NCBI GenBank assembly: GCA_965644295.1
Contig: CBFFRP010000586.1
Location: 1-13,414, forward strand
Direction: 5' to 3'
Source of the DNA: Paraphysomonas bandaiensis
Lineage: Eukaryota > Protista > Chrysophyceae
Length of the DNA stretch: 13,414 nucleotides
Part shown: piece after piece, positions 7,889-13,414 of the stretch
How positions within the stretch are numbered: the first letter of the stretch is position 1
Layout of the letters: each line of letters opens with the position of its first letter
Position numbers and translations under genes: made by a program
Notes under the pieces: model-generated
Told to the model about the DNA's origin: nothing
Database searches by the model: none
The model's input: the letters and a program-made list of their open reading frames with translations, nothing else

Positions 7889-8830
7889 ATGAATGATCTT
7901 ATTAAAAAATATGATATCGATGAAACATTAACAAGACCAAGTAAACAAACCAAGAAGAAAAGATATAATCGAATAAAAGATAATATACCACTTAAAGAAG
8001 ATTATAACTTTATGGCGGATGTGTTGCATTTACCAAAAGATAAAAAAGGATATCAATATTTATTAGTTGTTGTTGATTTGGCAACTGATGAGTTTGATAT
8101 GGAACCAATGAAAACAGAAAACTCTGATGAAACTTTAAAAGCAATAAAGGCTATATTTCAACGTAATCATCTTAATAAACCGTACGCTTCTATTCGAACA
8201 GATGGCGGTGCATCATTTAAAAAAGGTTTTGCAAAATATTTGTACGACGAAAGTATTTTACATAGCGTTGCATTAGCGGGACGACATAAACAAATGTCAG
8301 CAGTGGAGAGTTTAAATAGAACATTAGGCAGATTTTTTAATGGTTATATGAATAGCATTGAGTTAAAAACTGGAAAAATTTATAGAGAATGGACTGATAT
8401 AGTTGATAAGCTAAGAATAGATTTGAATAAACTAAGGAAGAAAGATGTGTCTAATATTGACTTGGCAACACATAAGTATCCTGTTCCAGACACAACCAAA
8501 TCAAAACCTAAATATAATGTGGGTGACTTTGTGTATCGAAAATTAGACAAACCCAAAAATGCTTTAAATGAAACTATTAATTCTGATGTGTTCCGAGAAG
8601 GTGACTTCCGCTTTGACCCTATACCTGTACAAATTAAACAAATATTGTATTATCCTGGAAAAGTTACATACAGATATATGTTAAGTGGTATTAAAAATGC
8701 ATCCTTTACAGAAGATGAACTAATGCCTGCACCTGATGCCGAAGAAGAACAAGTTGAAATTAAAAGATTCTTGATAAGCGATTTTTTGATGGCGAAAATC
8801 ACTATCAAGTTTGGATGTATGGAGAGTTAA
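7889..8830 (+). CDS. Retroviral-type (rve/DDE) integrase; C-terminal chromodomain continues in the -1 frame to 8934
   Basis: Catalytic triad in FMADVL...YLLVVVD, IRTDGG and AVESLNRTL (34 residues between the second D and E). PKYNVGDFV starts an SH3-like C-terminal segment as in Polinton-type integrases. Confidence 0.92.
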   Translation: MNDLIKKYDIDETLTRPSKQTKKKRYNRIKDNIPLKEDYNFMADVLHLPKDKKGYQYLLVVVDLATDEFDMEPMKTENSDETLKAIKAIFQRNHLNKPYASIRTDGGASFKKGFAKYLYDESILHSVALAGRHKQMSAVESLNRTLGRFFNGYMNSIELKTGKIYREWTDIVDKLRIDLNKLRKKDVSNIDLATHKYPVPDTTKSKPKYNVGDFVYRKLDKPKNALNETINSDVFREGDFRFDPIPVQIKQILYYPGKVTYRYMLSGIKNASFTEDELMPAPDAEEEQVEIKRFLISDFLMAKITIKFGCMES

Positions 8831-8934
8831 AAAAAGACGCGGGATGGTATGCTAAAAGTGATTTACTAAAAACTGTTGATAAAAAGTTATTAGATGATTT
8901 TGATAAAAGCATTAAGAAAAAGAAAAAACGTTAA
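8764..8934 (+). other. Out-of-frame chromodomain-like C-terminus of the integrase
   Basis: The -1 frame reads KILDKRFFDGENHYQVWMYGELKKDAGWYAKSDLLKTVDKKLLDDFDKSIKKKKKR*. Joined to upstream QVEIK, it follows the chromodomain pattern (VEKILDKR...YLVKWKG...TW...L...LIxxF). Confidence 0.8.
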
Positions 8935-10181
8935 CAACATTCTTCAATATGTGTTTTTATGTCCTTGTATTTAAGTCGCTCGTCACACTTTGGACATATA
9001 TGATTGTATCCATTTACATGTCTCCATTCAATCATACCCGAAGTTTTATCTTCTCGCAATAGATTGGGTATATCTAATTTTGGATCTTTCTTAAAAGTAA
9101 CGTTATCTGTGTGAATACGAATGACGTTGTCAATATCCTTCAATGCCACTTCTGCTATTTTGTTTCTTGCATATGAAAGCAAAAACGGAAGTAGTCTAAT
9201 ATTGTATTTAAAAGGATTATTTGAATCTAAAAGTTTATAATTCTCTTCATCGTTACTATGTGCTGACATATACTTATCCTGTACAATATAATCGCATTCC
9301 TTTGTATATCCCCAGTCATAACCTTCATTTTCTAATTCATCATATGATTTATATATCATATTGTACTGCGTTAACGTTCCCCATAGCGATGACATCAAAT
9401 GCTTTACAAGTTTGTTGTTGGGATACAACTTTTTTAACTGAATTAAACGATTGTACCATTCTGCAAATATTTCACTTGCTTTTACTAAATCTTTTGTTCT
9501 GTATATGTATGCGTTTGGTTTATCATCAACAATTAACTCAATATTTACATCAAATTTCTTTTTGCATTTCATTGCATGTTTTAGAGATATATGAGTATAT
9601 GTATGTTTTGGAGAAAATGAAAATATCTTTTTAAAGTTTTTATTATCAGATGTAATTTTAACTCTGTATATTCCGTATTTAAGTTTAGAACGTTTTTTTA
9701 ACTTCTTTAAGTATTTTTCTTTTCCTTTCTTTGTTGGTATTAAAAAGTTATCATCTATCAATAGAGATGGATAAAATCCACTAAAATCGTATCCATATGA
9801 ATTAAATACTCCCGGCTCGCAAAACTGTAAACCTGCATTGTAACAATCTTGAAAGTATCCATTTTCTATTTTTTTAATCTTTTTATGATGTTCATATTTT
9901 CCTTTACAATATTGCATAAAGACACATTTAACAGCGCCCAAGTGTGAATGAAATTTTTTGTAATCAATTGACAAGTTTTTAGTAAATCTCATCTCTCTAC
10001 ACCACGCCCTGAAATCTTTACCATACTGTTTTATTCCTTCATCTGATGCTTCGTATCCTTTAAACAATTGATACGCATATTCTAATTTCATACATTTCTC
10101 ATGTGACATGTCTGAAAAGATGTAGTTCTTAACATCTAAAACTCTGTACATGGCACTATTCATTTTATAATAAAAATACAT
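8931..10181 (-). CDS. Short family B DNA polymerase (protein-primed-like polymerase domain, no recognisable exonuclease)
   Basis: YNAG pre-motif, motif A GYDFSGFYPS, motif B KHLMSSLWG and motif C IRIHTDN. Long A-B and B-C insertions resemble pPolB TPR1/TPR2. C-terminal CPKC-x11-H-x3-C finger. Confidence 0.85.
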   Translation of the reverse strand: MYFYYKMNSAMYRVLDVKNYIFSDMSHEKCMKLEYAYQLFKGYEASDEGIKQYGKDFRAWCREMRFTKNLSIDYKKFHSHLGAVKCVFMQYCKGKYEHHKKIKKIENGYFQDCYNAGLQFCEPGVFNSYGYDFSGFYPSLLIDDNFLIPTKKGKEKYLKKLKKRSKLKYGIYRVKITSDNKNFKKIFSFSPKHTYTHISLKHAMKCKKKFDVNIELIVDDKPNAYIYRTKDLVKASEIFAEWYNRLIQLKKLYPNNKLVKHLMSSLWGTLTQYNMIYKSYDELENEGYDWGYTKECDYIVQDKYMSAHSNDEENYKLLDSNNPFKYNIRLLPFLLSYARNKIAEVALKDIDNVIRIHTDNVTFKKDPKLDIPNLLREDKTSGMIEWRHVNGYNHICPKCDERLKYKDIKTHIEECC

Positions 10182-10208
10182 TCTATATATTATTATTATA
10201 TTAATTAT

Positions 10209-10223
10209 TTTTTAAGTAGTTTT
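10209..10223 (-). promoter_or_regulatory. AAAACTACTTAAA promoter-like motif upstream of PolB
   Basis: Core at 10211-10217, 30 nt from the ATG at 10181. Confidence 0.68.
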
Positions 10224-10226
10224 ATA

Positions 10227-10580
10227 TTAAACAAAATTATCCTCAATATCATCGGGTACAAAGGCAGTAATTTGCAATTGTGAGAACTTTGAAAACTTAT
10301 CTGTGTCTTTGACTCTATTTGCATAATAATCTTCTTCATCATCAACATTTAGGTCACTATAAAATCCTTTGAGTGTGCTCCATCTGGCTGCGTTTAAAGC
10401 GCGCACCATAAATAGTTTATTTGGATCTGAATTTTGCAATCCTTGTACAATATCGCGTACATCTTGAGCAGAGATATTATTCTTTTTGTCATTTCTGTAC
10501 AATTGTATTGTTCGTTCTTTTCCGTGCTTCACAGTTTTCTCTTTGATAATCTTTTTAGTGTAAACAGACTTTTTTACCAT
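10227..10580 (-). CDS. Hypothetical protein in the replication module
   Basis: 117-aa ORF between helicase and PolB with its own upstream ACTTAAA motif. Ends IEDNFV. Confidence 0.78.
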   Translation of the reverse strand: MVKKSVYTKKIIKEKTVKHGKERTIQLYRNDKKNNISAQDVRDIVQGLQNSDPNKLFMVRALNAARWSTLKGFYSDLNVDDEEDYYANRVKDTDKFSKFSQLQITAFVPDDIEDNFV

Positions 10581-10608
10581 TATATATAACTAAACTATAT
10601 ATAATAAT

Positions 10609-10623
10609 TTTTTAAGTACTTTT
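10609..10623 (-). promoter_or_regulatory. AAAAGTACTTAAA promoter-like motif upstream of the 117-aa gene
   Basis: Core at 10611-10617, 31 nt from the ATG at 10580. Confidence 0.65.
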
Positions 10624-12365
10624 TAATTTAGTAAATCAATAATTTCATTTAATTCTTCTTTTTCAATTTTTTGTTGTTTAAATATATTTGTTTTAAATGT
10701 TTCGGGTATGGGTTCATCGTCATTGTCAGTATCATATTCAAAAGTAACTTTCTTAACTTTGACCATCTTAGAATTTTTTGACTTGATTGATTTAGATTGT
10801 CTATTGAACATACTTAATTGCTGTTTAAGATATTCAATTTCATCTTTATATGTTTCTATTTCGTTTTCTAATTGAATTGTGTACTCTGTCAAATCGGTTC
10901 GTTTTTCTTCGCCACTTTTAAGAAGTTTTTTCATTCGCAGTTTAATATTTGTAAAACAACCACGAACACCGTCAACGCGCATACTAGCATTGTAGTGTAA
11001 ACCTTTATCTTTTAATGATGTTATCAGTTGTACCATTGATAAATGTTTATCAGGATATTGTTTCTTGAAATATGTTTCCATTAGTTCTTTACTTATCCTG
11101 TCAGATGATTTATCTGTTTTTATGAAATAACCATCTATAAAGTCTTGCATTATGTCATTAGTATTGACAACTGAATCTTTTGTTTCTGTAAAATTCTTAT
11201 TAAATTTGGGCTTTTCTCCTTTTGACCACTTGTAACAATACTTTGCTAATATGTCAAACCATGCATTCAATAGATTGTGTTTTACTATATTATCGAGTAG
11301 GTACTTATCTTTAAGGTAAATGTGATTAGATTCATCCACTTCATCAGGATTATCTACAAACTTACTTACATGCGTGTATCCTTTAAATCGTCTAACTACA
11401 CCGGAATCTATTTTCATACTAGGCATAGTATTAGCCGTTATAAAAGATTTTGAATTATGAGTTATATCATGAGATTCATCTTCATATAATTTAGTTGTTT
11501 GTAGTTTTCCTTCACAAAACTTTTTGAATAGTGTTTCGTCTATTTTAACATCTTTGATTTCATTAACCCATGTAATCCTAATTTGAGGGTTGTTTGCAAA
11601 ACTATTTAAAATTTTATCAATCTTACTGTTGTTGTGACTAAAAGTGTCATTTTTTAATTCTTTAAAGTAACATTCAAATGTTTTTTGTGATAATTCCATT
11701 ATAAACGATTTCCCAGCGGACGCTACTCCCAAGAGAAATAACGTATCTTGATCAACGTTAGACTTACCACTGAGAGCAGAACCAAGCGTTAAAAGAATAC
11801 AATTCATATCTTCGTTATCAGGATAAATTTTTCTAATATGTTCCATCATTTTATCGCGTTCATCTTCACTAGACTTTACATAATCTCTTTGAATATATTG
11901 CGTAACATAATGTTTGTGTAATTCTCTTTGTTTGAATTTATTATGCTGAAGATCATAATATCCATTATTAAAATGTATCTCATAGGGCGTTGTATCAAAT
12001 ACTACTTTCTTTATTTCTAGTACTGTTATTATTTGATCGTAATACTGTAATACAGATGCATTAAGAAATATTTTGTAAAATTTTTCGTATTTTAATTTCA
12101 ATATTTCTTGTTTGTATTCGCTTAAAGATTGAAAAGATTTCTGTATATAACTCGTAATAATAGTAACTAACTTAGATTTTCCTACACTTAAAGGTAGCTG
12201 TGAATATGTAATATTAGATTCAAGAAAGTATATCATTCCTTTGTTAATGAAGCAGTAGTTACATAATCCTTTGGCAATAGTATTTGCCTTGTCATTTGGA
12301 AACATAGAAGTGACAAGTTGTTCAATCTCCTCAGAGGTCAGTAAAATCGAATTTTCAAAATTCAT
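10623..12365 (-). CDS. D5-like superfamily 3 helicase (no recognisable primase domain)
   Basis: D5_N-like IHFNNGYYDL, Walker A GVASAGKS, Walker B ITWVNE, motif C ITANTMP, arginine finger GVVRRF, winged-helix-like region ending GVRGCFTNIKL, then a coiled-coil tail. Confidence 0.9.
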   Translation of the reverse strand: MNFENSILLTSEEIEQLVTSMFPNDKANTIAKGLCNYCFINKGMIYFLESNITYSQLPLSVGKSKLVTIITSYIQKSFQSLSEYKQEILKLKYEKFYKIFLNASVLQYYDQIITVLEIKKVVFDTTPYEIHFNNGYYDLQHNKFKQRELHKHYVTQYIQRDYVKSSEDERDKMMEHIRKIYPDNEDMNCILLTLGSALSGKSNVDQDTLFLLGVASAGKSFIMELSQKTFECYFKELKNDTFSHNNSKIDKILNSFANNPQIRITWVNEIKDVKIDETLFKKFCEGKLQTTKLYEDESHDITHNSKSFITANTMPSMKIDSGVVRRFKGYTHVSKFVDNPDEVDESNHIYLKDKYLLDNIVKHNLLNAWFDILAKYCYKWSKGEKPKFNKNFTETKDSVVNTNDIMQDFIDGYFIKTDKSSDRISKELMETYFKKQYPDKHLSMVQLITSLKDKGLHYNASMRVDGVRGCFTNIKLRMKKLLKSGEEKRTDLTEYTIQLENEIETYKDEIEYLKQQLSMFNRQSKSIKSKNSKMVKVKKVTFEYDTDNDDEPIPETFKTNIFKQQKIEKEELNEIIDLLN

Positions 12366-12392
12366 TCTTTTATAATAATACTATATATAAAT

Positions 12393-12425
12393 ATTCTTTA
12401 AGTAGTTTTAATATAAAAAATACTT
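12393..12425 (-). promoter_or_regulatory. Promoter-like 33-bp direct repeat, copy 1 (upstream of the helicase)
   Basis: ATTCTTTAAGTAGTTTTAATATAAAAAATACTT, identical to 12817-12849. Core 32 nt from the ATG at 12365. Confidence 0.75.
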
Positions 12426-12453
12426 AATTTGACAATATAAATAAAAATAGGCT

Positions 12454-12795
12454 CTATCGTTGTTTTCTCATATTTTTGTTGATAATAGTTTCTGTGAAAT
12501 TGAATATATAATTTTGAGTGTTAGATTCATGCTTTGCTTTGAAACCCGAATCTATCATACCCAATATTAAAGCATTATTAGAAACGTAATAATTGTTCTC
12601 AAGATTATAAGTCCGTATGTATCTTTCTACAGTGTGCTTCATTCCATAAGACCATTGCCTATTATTAAAGGTTTTGCGGGTTTTAAATAGATAAGGTATG
12701 TACTTGATAGCTTTTTTGTATTCATCAGATTGTCTTATTTCATCTTGCTCTAATTTTGTCATCATCAAAACAGGTTTGTCTAAAGTTTCGTTCAT
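12454..12795 (-). CDS. Hypothetical protein with SYGxKH...YVSN...GF motif
   Basis: 113-aa ORF containing WSYGMKHTVE...YVSNNALILGMIDSGF, a pattern I recall from uncharacterised viral/phage proteins. Flanked by duplicated upstream regions. Confidence 0.75.
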   Translation of the reverse strand: MNETLDKPVLMMTKLEQDEIRQSDEYKKAIKYIPYLFKTRKTFNNRQWSYGMKHTVERYIRTYNLENNYYVSNNALILGMIDSGFKAKHESNTQNYIFNFTETIINKNMRKQR

Positions 12796-12816
12796 TATAA
12801 TAATACTATATTTGTA

Positions 12817-12849
12817 ATTCTTTAAGTAGTTTTAATATAAAAAATACTT
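12817..12849 (-). promoter_or_regulatory. Promoter-like 33-bp direct repeat, copy 2 (upstream of the 113-aa gene)
   Basis: Identical to 12393-12425. Core 26 nt from the ATG at 12795. Confidence 0.75.
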
Positions 12850-13017
12850 TAGGTATGTAATCAACAAATCAATTCTTTAAACCTTTTTTAAATATCGATA
12901 TGACTTAAAGACATAGTACATAAGTAGACAGTGATGACGCTATTGTGTGGGTACGATAAGATAGTGTAGTAGGTATGGTGGCGAGCTGTTTTCTACTCTT
13001 AACTATAATAACGACGA

Positions 13018-13118
13018 TGGCATTTAGGCGCTGGCAATTTATACTTTTGAAACTCTATTTTATAAAATATTATTTCAGCCAGATTATTTTACTATAAAAT
13101 GCCAATGCCAAAATGTCA
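13018..13118. repeat. Inverted TGGCA/TGCCA boxes flanking a 14-bp AT palindrome (origin-like)
   Basis: TGGCATTT 13018, TGGCAATTT 13032; palindrome TATTTTATAAAATA 13056-13069; AAATGCCA 13097, ATGCCA 13105, AAATGTCA 13111. Confidence 0.5.
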
Positions 13119-13237
13119 ATTTATAAATAGGATATTAGTAATCGAAATAATATAAGAAGAATTATTAATATAGATATACATAAAAGATATATAAAAAAGA
13201 TTGATATTACATTAATATAAAACATTCAGAATAATAT

Positions 13238-13414
13238 ACCAGGCTCCCTCCGGATCTAAAGATCCTCCCCCCTGGTCGCAAATTGCTCCGCAATTCGGGC
13301 GTTCTAATTATTCTTGTTTATTTTATGGGAAAATAATAAGGTATAGATTTTAGGGATTCGATTTAACGGACCCATTGCCTGCAAGCGGAGCGTATAAGCC
13401 ATCCCGCTTTTTTT
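13238..13414. other. GC-rich non-coding hairpin cluster at the window end (possible terminal/origin region)
   Basis: Inverted repeats ACCAGG/CCTGGT (13238/13271), GGATC/GATCC (13252/13261), AATTGC/GCAATT (13281/13290) and AAGCGG/CCGCTT (13383/13404), followed by a T run. Confidence 0.5.

Larger units (their letters stand above)
1..13414. mobile_element. Polinton-like virus / Maverick-type integrating dsDNA virus (partial genome, left end truncated)
   Basis: Co-occurrence of DJR-type major capsid, penton-like minor capsid, A32-like packaging ATPase, rve integrase, family B polymerase, D5/SF3 helicase and GIY-YIG nuclease. Genes are intronless and tightly packed, with AT-rich spacers and no consistent Shine-Dalgarno motifs. 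No TIR pair or target-site duplication is visible in the window. Confidence 0.9.

Noticed and set aside
5554-9634. ORFs 5554-5844, 6580-6768, 7585-7821 and 9221-9634
   Set aside because: Antisense shadows of real genes with composition mirroring the sense strand.
10182-10580. 117-aa ORF as a frameshifted N-terminal part of PolB
   Set aside because: It has a clean stop, and PolB has its own promoter motif at the standard 30-nt distance. No exonuclease motifs were recognised in it.
12934-12969. Mini-ORF MTLLCGYDKIV downstream of the plus-strand ACTTAAAGA
   Set aside because: Only 11 codons, with no supporting evidence.
13340-13414. tRNA or Pol III B-box (GGATTCGATT) and a bacterial rho-independent terminator
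   Set aside because: No cloverleaf and an imperfect B-box. The context is a eukaryotic virus with no upstream + strand gene, and the T run is cut by the window edge.
1-13414. Bacterial prophage/IS interpretation, or terminal inverted repeats within the window
   Set aside because: No terminase, portal or tail-tube genes and no consistent SD motifs, and the integrase is Polinton-like with a chromodomain. The left end is mid-gene, so no TIR pair can be shown.

Overview
AT-rich, gene-dense segment of a eukaryotic Polinton-like virus (PLV)/Maverick-type dsDNA element, truncated at the left end inside a fibre gene. It has a virion module: trimeric coiled-coil fibre, double jelly-roll major capsid protein, penton-like minor capsid protein, A32/FtsK-type packaging ATPase and several basic or low-complexity proteins. 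It also carries a GIY-YIG endonuclease, an rve (DDE) integrase whose chromodomain lies in the -1 frame, and a compact replication module. That module comprises a 416-aa exonuclease-less family B polymerase with a C-terminal zinc finger, a primase-less D5/SF3 helicase and small accessory genes. The right ~560 nt are non-coding, with an origin-like symmetric motif array and a GC-rich hairpin cluster. Most notable observations: (1) an acidic-Phe C-terminal tail, [DE][DE]xF[AV]-COOH, shared by four unrelated proteins; (2) two candidate -1 frameshifts, which could also be homopolymer errors; (3) a fixed-distance ACTTAAA promoter motif marking the replication genes; (4) a degenerate minimal PolB with a UBZ4-like finger. 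All family assignments come from motifs recognised by eye, not database searches.
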